The notes under the pieces were generated by a model. That model had not been told where the DNA came from and ran no database searches. It saw nothing but the letters and a program-made list of their open reading frames with translations. Shown one piece after another: positions 16,627 through 25,114 of a stretch of 32,000 nucleotides of DNA (position 1 is the stretch's first letter; each line of letters starts with the position of its first letter). The translations under genes and the position numbers were made by a program. This stretch comes from Sphingomonas phage vB_StuS_MMDA13, in sequence record MN820898.1; one strand, written 5' to 3'.

Positions 16627-18552
16627 TTAGAACGGAATGTCGTCGTCCAGATCATCCGCATAAGTCCGGTTTGCAAGCTCAGCGCGCTGGGCGGAAAGCT
16701 GCTCCCGGTTCTCAATCTCCGGAACGTAACCATCCGACTCTTGTGTGCCGAACGCGGTGCCGTCGTAGCAGAACGCCATGATCTCAGGATATTGCTTGTT
16801 CGTCCAGACCCTGATGTGCGTGGGCGCTGCCAGCACCTTGTCTGCGATGTTGATAGCTTCAGCGGTCGTTTCAGGCATCGGCGTATCGGTGCGTTCGGAC
16901 CACCACTTGCGCGCCTTGCGGCCCGCGAAGTTCGTGTGCTGCACACAGATGAACTCACTGAAGGACTTGTATCCGCAATAATAGCTCATCTTCATCATTG
17001 GAGGGCTACCCTCCTTTTCGTGCCTGTCAATGGTGACGCTGTCCACCTTGAACACCTTGACCACAGGCTCGTCAATCTTAATCAGCTCGTCCTGCGCAGC
17101 CTCTTGCTTGAACTTAACCTCGAACAGGAACTCGCTGCCGCAGCCAAGCGCGGTCTTGAACGGTTGTCCGCCACAGTAGCGCACGCTGGCGTGATTGTAT
17201 GTCTCGCAGACCTCGCAGAGCTTGACGGGTGCGTCACCGCCACCCTTACCCTTCTGGCGCGGGGTGACAGGGTCATTGATCGGACCGAGCGTGGCGGTGT
17301 TGCGCGCAAAGTCCATCACAAGACAGTCATGCTTATCGGACGCAAAGATGGCCTGCAGGCGACCTTCGATAGTATTGAGGTCCGCACGGGTGCCGTCAGG
17401 TAGCAATCCCTTTCCGTCCAGACCGTAAACGGGGCGGGTGCCACGCCCCAGCATCTGAACCCATAGGATCACCGAGCCGGTTGCTCGCAGAATGATAATG
17501 AAGTCGATGCCCGGGAAGTCGAAGCCTGTGGTCAGGACATTGTTGTTCACCAGCGCACGGATCTTGCCGGACTTAAAGTCTTCGATGGTCTGGTCCCGCC
17601 CTGCGCGCTTGCTGTGGACGCACCCCGCGGGCACGCCCATCATATTCAGCATGTCGCAGACGTTGTCAGCGTGATCCGTTCCAGACGCGAAGACAAGCCA
17701 GTGTTTCCGGTCAGCACCGTATTCGAGACACTCCTTGAGCGCCGCTTCCGTGATCTCGTCCCGGTCGAACTTCTCCTGCATCTCCTTCTCGATAAACTCA
17801 CCTCCGCGCTTGTGCAAGCCTTCGGTGTCGAGGTGGAGCTTCGGTCGCTTGGGGACCAGCGGAATCAGATACCCTTCAAGGAACAGCCTGTTGAACGCTT
17901 CCTTGCCGGTGATGTCGAAGCACATATCCTTGAACAGCGGATCGCTCAGGTTGCCCTTAGCGTCTTCGTAAGGGTCCGTCAGGTGACCGTGACCCATGCG
18001 CCACGGGGTAGCGGTGAAGCCAATGACGCGGAGGTAGGGGTTGATGGACAGCAGACCCGCAATGAACGTCCGATACATGGTCTGGTCGTTCGGGCTCATC
18101 AGGTGACACTCGTCAATGATGACAAGGTCGATATGCCCGAACTGCGCCCAGCGCCGCGCCACCGATGCGATACCAGCAAAGGTGATCGGTTGCGTCATGT
18201 TGCGCTGATTCAGACCAGCGCTGTAGATACCAGCGGGAGAGAAGCTCCACAGTTGCTTCAGCTTCTCGAAGTTCTGTGCAATCAGCTCCTTAACGTGCGT
18301 GAGCACGATGATTCGTTGCTGCCCAAACTGGCTGAGCACGCTCTCCAGGAAGCGAGCAATGACCACACTCTTGCCCGTGCCTGTAGGCATCGCGACAAGC
18401 GGGTTGCCGGTCGGGTGCGTGCGGAAGTAGTTCCAGATTGAGCCAACCGCTTCCGTCTGGTAGGGTCGGTCCTGAAAGGCGGGGAGAGGCTCGGGTGGGC
18501 CGTTGTGCCCAATGCCCGGGATCTCGTCAAGGAATCCGGTTGCGGGGCTCAT
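16627..18552 (-). CDS. SF2 DEAD/DEAH-type helicase (RadD/UvsW-like) with C-terminal zinc-binding region
   Basis: Walker A MPTGTGKS, DECH box, MLGRGTRP motif VI, CEVCETYNHASVRYCGG. Confidence 0.85.
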   Translation of the reverse strand: MSPATGFLDEIPGIGHNGPPEPLPAFQDRPYQTEAVGSIWNYFRTHPTGNPLVAMPTGTGKSVVIARFLESVLSQFGQQRIIVLTHVKELIAQNFEKLKQLWSFSPAGIYSAGLNQRNMTQPITFAGIASVARRWAQFGHIDLVIIDECHLMSPNDQTMYRTFIAGLLSINPYLRVIGFTATPWRMGHGHLTDPYEDAKGNLSDPLFKDMCFDITGKEAFNRLFLEGYLIPLVPKRPKLHLDTEGLHKRGGEFIEKEMQEKFDRDEITEAALKECLEYGADRKHWLVFASGTDHADNVCDMLNMMGVPAGCVHSKRAGRDQTIEDFKSGKIRALVNNNVLTTGFDFPGIDFIIILRATGSVILWVQMLGRGTRPVYGLDGKGLLPDGTRADLNTIEGRLQAIFASDKHDCLVMDFARNTATLGPINDPVTPRQKGKGGGDAPVKLCEVCETYNHASVRYCGGQPFKTALGCGSEFLFEVKFKQEAAQDELIKIDEPVVKVFKVDSVTIDRHEKEGSPPMMKMSYYCGYKSFSEFICVQHTNFAGRKARKWWSERTDTPMPETTAEAINIADKVLAAPTHIRVWTNKQYPEIMAFCYDGTAFGTQESDGYVPEIENREQLSAQRAELANRTYADDLDDDIPF

Positions 18553-19520
18553 GCACGCAGACCGTCATTCTCATACCAGTCCGGGCACCCGACCAGTTGC
18601 TTCTCTTTGCTTAGGTTCATGCTGTGCTTATTGCACACCCAGGCACCGCCTGCAACAGGTTTGCTGAACTGGCAAGTGCGGCAGTTGATGTCAGGTGCAG
18701 CGGACAGGTGACACACCGGACGGTGATCGCAGAAGCGGCACTTGAAGAAGCCTGCGCTCGTGCTGATCTTCTTGGGGGCGTTTTCCGCCCAGACCAGATG
18801 CTCACCGCGATCCAAGTATTGGTCCGCATACTCGGGCGCAAGGTAAATGATCTCCATGTAGAGGTCGTCGGTGTTCTTGCAGACAGCGACGTAGAGCGCA
18901 ACGGTGAGACCCATCTTGCGCATGTAGAGTTGCATCTGAGTGTAGTGCTCTGGCTTCGCAGCCTTGACCCCCTGCCCGGTGAAGCGGTTCTTGACGGGGT
19001 CCTCGCAGTAGGCGCGCCAGTCCTTCAGCTTGCCCGCAAGCTCTTCGAACGACTTCTCCCCGTGCGTCTTGAACTCGAGGATGAACGCCATAAGCGCGTC
19101 GAGGTCTGGCAGCCCCCGAGCGACCCCGTCGCCGGAACCTCCAGCGTGTCCTTCCGCCCAGCTGATGCGGAATTGCTTCCCGTTGGCGTCTTGCTGCCAG
19201 ACCTCCACCCCGATCATCAGCAGCATCGCAATGATGCGCCCTTCCTCGAGGTGCCCGCGGTTGAACAGGCGCAGCACGCGCCCGTCGAACTTTGCTTTCG
19301 TTGCCCACCTGAACGAATACCAGATGGCGCGCATACACTCCTGGCCCAGGATGGAAGCGCCAAGGTGCGGTCGGTGCCCGTCCTCCGGGTCGTCCCGATA
19401 TGCGTCGCCGATGTGTGGTAACACCCTGCCTTGCCAGCCACGGAACGATGCACCCTGATCGGCTTCCATCATATCTGCGATCTTACGCATCGTAAGATGC
19501 GCGTGCATCAAATTACCCAT
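18549..19520 (-). CDS. PD-(D/E)XK nuclease, RecB/Cas4-like with putative Fe-S cysteines
   Basis: GLPDLDALMAFILEFKTH (D...ExK), HYTQMQLYM; GQEC near the N-terminus plus CRFCDHRPVC. Confidence 0.75.
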   Translation of the reverse strand: MGNLMHAHLTMRKIADMMEADQGASFRGWQGRVLPHIGDAYRDDPEDGHRPHLGASILGQECMRAIWYSFRWATKAKFDGRVLRLFNRGHLEEGRIIAMLLMIGVEVWQQDANGKQFRISWAEGHAGGSGDGVARGLPDLDALMAFILEFKTHGEKSFEELAGKLKDWRAYCEDPVKNRFTGQGVKAAKPEHYTQMQLYMRKMGLTVALYVAVCKNTDDLYMEIIYLAPEYADQYLDRGEHLVWAENAPKKISTSAGFFKCRFCDHRPVCHLSAAPDINCRTCQFSKPVAGGAWVCNKHSMNLSKEKQLVGCPDWYENDGLRA

Positions 19521-19535
19521 GTCTGCTCCTGTCCG

Positions 19536-19610
19536 CTAGGAGGATCCTGGACCTTAGCATGGACCAGTGGCGCCGCCGAAGCATTGCATCCCAGTCCAGG
19601 ATCCACCTAG
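19536..19610. other. Long imperfect inverted repeat between the DUF669-like gene and the nuclease gene
   Basis: ctaggaggatcctggac (19536-19552) / gtccaggatccacctag (19594-19610), 16 of 17 pairs, 41-nt loop. Confidence 0.6.
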
Positions 19611-19644
19611 CAGCCGGGGACGCTTGCGCGCCCCCGGATACCAG

Positions 19645-20619
19645 TTACGCCTGAGGCGCGGCCCACGGGGGAGCAGCACCCTGAGCGGCCGCAGCAGAAG
19701 CGGCAGCGGGGTCCGCAGCGGGTGCCGCCGGAGCAGCTTCCGCAGGAGCAGCACCGCCCGCCCAGGGCTGTGCAGGCGCACCGCCACCGAACGGGTTCGC
19801 GGGGTCCTGCGCAAGCGCGGCAGCGCCACCCGTTGCCCAGGGCTGCGCAGCGTCAGCGGCAGGGGCCGCGGGCGCCGCAGGAGCAGCCGGTGCGGCGGGT
19901 GCAGCGGGCGCAGCGGCCGGAGCGGGATAGCGCTGAGCGAGGTCAGTGGTCTTGACGACCTCCGAACCCTTCCAGTGATATTCCTTGTTCTCCGGGTGCA
20001 GGGCCCAACCGTCCGCTTCGGCAGCGGCGATCGGGTTGTGCGCGGGTGCAGCAGCAGGCGCCGCCGGGGCAGCGGGTGCAGCAGGAGCGGCGGGAGCCGC
20101 AGCAGCACCGAAGCCGGCAGGAGCACCGGAAGCCGCGGGCGCAGTTCCGAAGCCAGCCGGAGCACCCCCGCCCGCCGGAGCGGCCGAACCCGACGCGCCG
20201 ACGGTTTCCACCGGCTCGTTGATGTTCTTGTAGGAGATGATCTCGTTCTGGTCTTCGTAGTTGTCGTCGCCCTTGCGGATCTTGACCTTCACCTTCAGCG
20301 GAATGCCGTGGAGCTGTTCCGAGTTGGCGATGTGCAGGACCCCGACCGCATGGCCGATCGCGGACAGTTGCTTGAGCGCGATTTCCTGGGCGGTCGCGTT
20401 CGCGTTCTTGATATTCAGACGCGCGAACAGCTTGCGGTTCGCATACTGGCCGTCGATGACGGTGAAGCGGACCTGGAGATAGGTGCCGGTGCCGTCCTTG
20501 GTCGGCTTCAGCTCCGATTCGTCCATCTTGACGTTATACCAGCCAGCGGGGATCGTATCGAACCCGGCATCCGGTTCCACCTGAGTGGCGTCGAAGTTCA
20601 ACTGTGCCATTGTATTCAC
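19645..20619 (-). CDS. DUF669-type protein (putative ssDNA-binding) with long Pro/Ala-rich C-terminal tail
   Basis: FDTIPAGWYNVKMDESELKPTKDGTGTYLQVRFTVIDGQYANRKLFARLNIKNANATAQEIALKQLSAIGHAVG; (PAA)n tracts. Confidence 0.75.
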   Translation of the reverse strand: MNTMAQLNFDATQVEPDAGFDTIPAGWYNVKMDESELKPTKDGTGTYLQVRFTVIDGQYANRKLFARLNIKNANATAQEIALKQLSAIGHAVGVLHIANSEQLHGIPLKVKVKIRKGDDNYEDQNEIISYKNINEPVETVGASGSAAPAGGGAPAGFGTAPAASGAPAGFGAAAAPAAPAAPAAPAAPAAAPAHNPIAAAEADGWALHPENKEYHWKGSEVVKTTDLAQRYPAPAAAPAAPAAPAAPAAPAAPAADAAQPWATGGAAALAQDPANPFGGGAPAQPWAGGAAPAEAAPAAPAADPAAASAAAAQGAAPPWAAPQA

Positions 20620-20642
20620 ACTTCCTTTCTTCTGACGGCGGA

Positions 20643-21368
20643 TCAGGCCGCCATGATCTTTGCAAAGATAGCGCTGAGAATTGGAGGTTCGACCGGCGCC
20701 AGCGCCCCGCTCCGGTCTTTCGCTACATACTGCAGATCAGGCTGAGTCTGTAGGAAACGGTATTTCTCCCCATTCGGGGCGGTGTTCGTATCGAGGCGGA
20801 ACACCTCGTCGAAGAAGTATGGCAGCTTGTTCCCCAGCTTGGCACCGGGCATCGCGGGCGCATACTTGACCACACCTGTCATTTCGTCCTTCATCGGTTC
20901 CATCTTGGCGGTGATGAGGACGTGCTTGTTCGGCAGGTCACGGAAGGCACGGATGGTCGTTTCCATCTTCTCGATGAGCTCACCATACGCCTGGCGCGGG
21001 TCCTTGACCTGCCGCTTGGCGTTGTTGAGGATAACCTCAGCGATTTCGGAAGCGCTGTCCATGCCGATGGTATGGAAGGCCTTGGCCTCGTTCGACTCGG
21101 CGCACCACCGATGGGCGTCTGCCAAGTCCTCCACCGTCTTCACCTCGATGATGGGCATGTTGTAGGTGATATGCGGATTCCCCGGTCCGTGGAGGCGTTC
21201 GAGGTTCGCCTTGCGCAGCGACAGCGCACCGGACTCGTTGCTGATCATCACGGGCACGGGCGCGGTTGCCAGAAGCACCGTCTTGCCAGCACCCGCCGGA
21301 CCATATACCAGCGACTTGACCCCGCCCACCGTTGTGGCCTGCTCGGCAGTCGTGAACACCATTGCCAT
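20643..21368 (-). CDS. RecA-like P-loop ATPase, Sak4-like / AAA_24
   Basis: SLVYGPAGAGKTVLL Walker A; TIGMDSASEI; GGAGGATATGTA-ATG RBS and TAATG coupling give start 21368 rather than 21518. Confidence 0.75.
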   Translation of the reverse strand: MAMVFTTAEQATTVGGVKSLVYGPAGAGKTVLLATAPVPVMISNESGALSLRKANLERLHGPGNPHITYNMPIIEVKTVEDLADAHRWCAESNEAKAFHTIGMDSASEIAEVILNNAKRQVKDPRQAYGELIEKMETTIRAFRDLPNKHVLITAKMEPMKDEMTGVVKYAPAMPGAKLGNKLPYFFDEVFRLDTNTAPNGEKYRFLQTQPDLQYVAKDRSGALAPVEPPILSAIFAKIMAA

Positions 21369-22306
21369 TACATATCCTCCGCGTTGCGGAACGACTGCCA
21401 CGTCGGAAACCGGGGCTTGTCCTTGATCCCTTTGGGGAAGAACTTTGCCTTGTGAATCAGACGCTTGAATTCGTCCTGGTTGATGAAGTAGTGCCTTCTC
21501 TGATCGTGGGTCAAACAACCCGCACCGACCCGAACCTCCTGCCCTGCGGAGAACAACAGCGTATCTCCATCATAGACATTGGCCAGCACGTTGCCCAGCA
21601 TAGCGCCAACCATGCCATTTGCAACCATATTCTCCTGATGAGAAGATCTGAACGTATTGCCCAGCTCGTTGATCTGAGCCTCGTTCTGGTTTTCCTCACC
21701 CTCGATGATGGTGTGGACCTTAAACTCGAAGTCCACGAAGCGCTTGATGCGCAGCAGGCCGCCCTGTGTCGGTGACGAACGCCCTTGCTTGTGCAACCCT
21801 TTGGGGTCGCGGAAGCAAGTCCCCTCGTAGCCCGCGGACAGGTTGACCGCGTCGAATTCCTCGAGCTCGTCCATGGTGTGGCACAGCTTGCTCGGGATCA
21901 ACCTCAGGTGCGGGTAGAGCAGCGGTTGCTCGCTCATCAGCTCCTTGATGCGGTCCTCCAGTTGCAGCAGGCGCCGCTCGTAGGGGGTTGCCTTGTTCTC
22001 GACGGTGACGTAGTCGAACAGCCACCAGAGGACATAAGGTTGCCCTTCAATGGTGCCGGTCGCGGAACTGGTAATGCGGCACAGGTCCGGATGGACATGG
22101 GACTCCGCAGCCAACTCGCCGTCGAACCCGATCAGGGAACTATGGCTGAGTTGTGTGGTCAGGTATTTGTTCTTGAATGGCTTCAGCGACCTCCCGGTCA
22201 GCTTGCCAGTCATGTTCAGCGCACGCACCCCGTCAATCTTGGGCTGCGCAATGACAGGGAACTTGACCTTGGCGGGGTTCCAAGTCTCAGCGAGCATCGG
22301 CTTCAT
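21368..22306 (-). CDS. ATP-dependent DNA ligase
   Basis: Motif I AQPKIDGVRAL, ...GFDGELAAE, GYEGTCFRDP, LLRIKRFVDFEFKV. Confidence 0.88.
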   Translation of the reverse strand: MKPMLAETWNPAKVKFPVIAQPKIDGVRALNMTGKLTGRSLKPFKNKYLTTQLSHSSLIGFDGELAAESHVHPDLCRITSSATGTIEGQPYVLWWLFDYVTVENKATPYERRLLQLEDRIKELMSEQPLLYPHLRLIPSKLCHTMDELEEFDAVNLSAGYEGTCFRDPKGLHKQGRSSPTQGGLLRIKRFVDFEFKVHTIIEGEENQNEAQINELGNTFRSSHQENMVANGMVGAMLGNVLANVYDGDTLLFSAGQEVRVGAGCLTHDQRRHYFINQDEFKRLIHKAKFFPKGIKDKPRFPTWQSFRNAEDM

Positions 22307-22680
22307 GCGGGTTCATCCTTTAGTTGCTGGAGCAGCTTAGCAAGGTCCGTGAGCTTCAGCAAGCCCCCGCGTGCCAGCTTCTTCGCTTCCTCCTCGACGT
22401 CTTGAAGCGCGGTGTTATACGCTTGCGCATGGACCTTGTCGCGCGTCTCACCGCCCTTGCCACCCTTCTCGAGCGGCTGGTATTGCGAGCAGTCATGCAG
22501 ATGCGGGATATACGCTTCCGCATTGCACTCGCTGCACTGATGCTTGTCCGCGTCGAACAGCGTGCCAGCGTTGATATGGTCCTCGAACGTGCCGATCACC
22601 GTCGCAGGCGCATCCGACGTTAGGATCGCAACGCGGTAGCCCTGGAAGTGGATTTCATCTGCGACGGTGAACGTGCTCAT
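22303..22680 (-). CDS. Hypothetical protein (125 aa) with possible Zn site
   Basis: HQCSECNAEAYIPHLHDC; ATGA-type overlap with ligase. Confidence 0.55.
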   Translation of the reverse strand: MSTFTVADEIHFQGYRVAILTSDAPATVIGTFEDHINAGTLFDADKHQCSECNAEAYIPHLHDCSQYQPLEKGGKGGETRDKVHAQAYNTALQDVEEEAKKLARGGLLKLTDLAKLLQQLKDEPA

Positions 22681-23380
22681 GCTTACACCATATGCCTGTA
22701 TTGACGGAAGCCAACGAAGTTGGCGTGCTCACCCGCGTGCTTCCACAGGCCGTCACCAGTTCCGGAGAAATAGGTGTCGTCCAGGCAGGCAGCGTGCTCA
22801 AGCGGGCCGGCGGTGCTTCCACCGTGACGCCGAGCTGCGCAGTCGTCTGCTCGAACAGCGCACGCGCCGCACTGCCCTCGGGCAGCGAGTTGCGGAAGCT
22901 GTCCAGGAGCGATTCGCGTTGCTTGACGCGCTCCACCTCGAGCATCTGGTCCTTGAACTTCTGCTCCTTGAGCGTCAGCTCCTGGAACTCGGTCAGGTCG
23001 ACCTTCTGCACCGCCCAGCGGTATTCGAAGTTCGCGTCCAGGTCGATGTCGGGACGTTCGTCCACGCTGACCACATGCACGAACGCCAGTCCGCGCTGCG
23101 GCGTCAGGACGATCAGCGTGTCACCGTCCTTGATGTCCCATGCGAGCGGAACCTTGTAGGTGTATCCGCGTCCACGGTCACCGCCCCACGGCGGAGCCTT
23201 GCCTGCCTTCGGACGAACCTGGCCCAGATTGGTCCGCGGACCGCCGGCGCCGGAGTCGTATTCGCCCAGGTCCACGCGGCCGTCATCATAGGTGCCCGCG
23301 GGCAGGATCTGGTCGGTGAACGCGACCTTGACGGTCGTGTATGAGTTGTCCAGCAAGCTGAACAGGTGCTTCTGCTTCAC
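22655..23380 (-). CDS. Hypothetical phage protein
   Basis: AAAGGAG-N7-GTG start overlapping the RNase H stop. Confidence 0.55.
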   Translation of the reverse strand: MKQKHLFSLLDNSYTTVKVAFTDQILPAGTYDDGRVDLGEYDSGAGGPRTNLGQVRPKAGKAPPWGGDRGRGYTYKVPLAWDIKDGDTLIVLTPQRGLAFVHVVSVDERPDIDLDANFEYRWAVQKVDLTEFQELTLKEQKFKDQMLEVERVKQRESLLDSFRNSLPEGSAARALFEQTTAQLGVTVEAPPARLSTLPAWTTPISPELVTACGSTRVSTPTSLASVNTGIWCKHEHVHRRR

Positions 23381-23844
23381 TTCGATTCTCCTTTCATTCG
23401 TTTCCGTGCCAACCTCATTCCATGCTTAGCGCGCTGATCACAGAGGTTGTTTGTGACATAGCGTGCTTCCGTGCGTCTCGTATGACCTTTTACATGGCGG
23501 AACGAAACAGTGCAACCGAATTCGCGCTTCAACTCATAGAAACGCTTTTTTCCTGCGCGCTCGTCGTTGGATAGCTCTTTGATCTTGCTCTCCAGGACGT
23601 CAATTGCACGCTGGCAGTCTGTCTGCAGAAGGACGTGATCGCCCTCCACTAAGATACCCCTCAACTGTGCGAAGAAGAACGCATTGACGATTGCCAAGAG
23701 CTCCGCAGCGCTGCTAGTATCCACGGGCCCACGCATGGACCCGCCACCTCCTTGCCGACCGCGCTCCGACACTGCCCAATATCCATAGCCAGCGGCTCCA
23801 GTATTGTGACAGTGCGAAGCGTCGGCAATAATCGTGACGCGCAT
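23377..23844 (-). CDS. RNase H-like nuclease
   Basis: DAS..GAAGYGYW, SSAAELLAIVNA, LLQTDCQRAI, HVKGH..NNLCDQRAK: the D-E-D-D set is intact. Confidence 0.8.
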   Translation of the reverse strand: MRVTIIADASHCHNTGAAGYGYWAVSERGRQGGGGSMRGPVDTSSAAELLAIVNAFFFAQLRGILVEGDHVLLQTDCQRAIDVLESKIKELSNDERAGKKRFYELKREFGCTVSFRHVKGHTRRTEARYVTNNLCDQRAKHGMRLARKRMKGESK

Positions 23845-24302
23845 TAGCTCCCGCGCTTGGGGATCGTAATGTCGAGCTGCGGCATCCCGGGCTTGACGAC
23901 CAGAATGCGATCGAACACCTGCCGCTGGGCCTCGGTCAGCTTGCGGTATTCCGCAATCTTGAGCTCCGGCTTCCAGACGATCAGCTTGGTGAAGTCCAGC
24001 TCCAGCCCGTGGAGGTTGTCCTGCGGATTGTCCTCCGCCTTGGACATTGCTTCGCGCAGCGCCTCCAGCTCACCCTCATCCACCTTGCGGTCGATCGTGT
24101 GAACCATCTTGAGGTTGGCGCCGGTGCCGTCCTTCAGCGGATGGGTGTTCGTGCCCTCGTCGGGCGTCGGAAAGAAGAACTTGGCGATGCGCGTGCGCAT
24201 CATTGCTTCTGCCGACTTCACCTCGCCAAGTTGCTTCTTCAGCAAATACCACTTGGAGAGTTCCTGCGGAGTGACCGCTGTTGCTTCTTCTAAGTCTGCC
24301 AC
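23844..24302 (-). CDS. Hypothetical phage protein (start corrected)
   Basis: ORF open to 24341, but AGGAGA-aagcac-GTG supports start at 24302, leaving the hairpin at 24316-24364 outside the gene. Confidence 0.55.
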   Translation of the reverse strand: MADLEEATAVTPQELSKWYLLKKQLGEVKSAEAMMRTRIAKFFFPTPDEGTNTHPLKDGTGANLKMVHTIDRKVDEGELEALREAMSKAEDNPQDNLHGLELDFTKLIVWKPELKIAEYRKLTEAQRQVFDRILVVKPGMPQLDITIPKRGS

Positions 24303-24315
24303 GTGCTTTCTCCTT

Positions 24316-24364
24316 TGCTTGTGGACCTGAACCTTATGCACTATGGTTCAGGTCCGCGCAAGCA
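24316..24364. other. Extended hairpin at the mazG-like/downstream gene junction
   Basis: Inner perfect 11-bp arms ggacctgaacc/ggttcaggtcc (24323-24333/24345-24355), outer tgcttg/caagca (24316-24321/24359-24364); + strand side is followed by attatttta. Confidence 0.65.
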
Positions 24365-24369
24365 TTATT

Positions 24370-25050
24370 TTACGACTTCTTTTCAGCGTCCACGACGTCC
24401 GCCATGTCGCTGGTGCGCGGTTCCGCGTCACCCTTGAAGAACTTGCGGGCCGGAATGACCTCGTCGGTGCCGGTCTGCTTGTCGGCGCGTGCCTGCGCAG
24501 CGGCATCGCTGTAGTTCAGCGACTGGTAGCGCTTGGACAGCTTGTGGATGTTGGCGTTGAGGCATTCCTCGCGCGTCAGCTGGAACATGCGGCCGAGCGA
24601 CATCATTGCCATCACCAGCGCCGACAGCTGATTGCCCAGCAGCTCGGAATCCAGATCCTTGTTGTAGATCGCCTGCTTCTTGACCGTGTCCAGCACTTGC
24701 GAACCGTGGACAGCGATCTGACTCGCGTAGGTGAGCGCCAGCTTGGCACGCATGTCAGCAGCGTCAGCGAATTCCTGCGCGGCGTCCCATGCGATAACGA
24801 TTCCGGTGCGCTGGGTGATCTGCTCGATGTAGAAATACAGGTCGCCCATCTCCTCACGCAGATTGACGCGGTCGATGCCGGTCTGCGGCGGGAACAGAAT
24901 GGCTTCCAGCAGTTCACCGGCCTCACCCGCAACGCCGGTGGCACCGTGCCACAGGTCCACGCCGAACGGCGTCAGCGTTGCAATGATATCGACGGGAGGC
25001 TTCACCAGCGCGGTGACAAGTTGCGGATGCGTGATCGAGTGTGTGGTCAT
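24370..25050 (-). CDS. MazG-like nucleotide pyrophosphohydrolase
   Basis: GVAGEAGELLEAI...NLREEMGDLYFYIEQI (ExxE..ExxD pattern); GGAGAATGAC-ATG RBS. Confidence 0.7.
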   Translation of the reverse strand: MTTHSITHPQLVTALVKPPVDIIATLTPFGVDLWHGATGVAGEAGELLEAILFPPQTGIDRVNLREEMGDLYFYIEQITQRTGIVIAWDAAQEFADAADMRAKLALTYASQIAVHGSQVLDTVKKQAIYNKDLDSELLGNQLSALVMAMMSLGRMFQLTREECLNANIHKLSKRYQSLNYSDAAAQARADKQTGTDEVIPARKFFKGDAEPRTSDMADVVDAEKKS

Positions 25051-25076
25051 GTCATTCTCCAATTGCTGAGGTGCAT

Positions 25077-25106
25077 ACCATAGCGCCACCCCTAACGCCA
25101 TCACAA
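25077..25106 (-). promoter_or_regulatory. Candidate promoter upstream of the mazG-like gene
   Basis: - strand TTGTGA-N18-TATGGT in an intergenic gap. Confidence 0.4.
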
Positions 25107-25114
25107 CACATCAT

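Noticed and set aside
16440-16958. Full 172-aa reading frame
   Set aside because: N-terminal two-thirds overlaps the helicase 3' end and is Ser/Arg-rich; only the last 42 codons have an RBS and sensible sequence.
17614-18441. 275-aa + strand ORF
   Set aside because: Antisense to the SF2 helicase core motifs.
19567-20745. 392-aa + strand ORF rich in Arg/Ser/Gly
   Set aside because: Shadow of the Pro/Ala-rich tail and DUF669 domain on the - strand; high GC removes stop codons; composition is typical of an antisense artefact.
23455-23463. CGCTATGTC match to the intergenic -10 motif
   Set aside because: Lies within the conserved RNase H coding sequence (TEARYVTNN) and lacks a -35; treated as coincidence.
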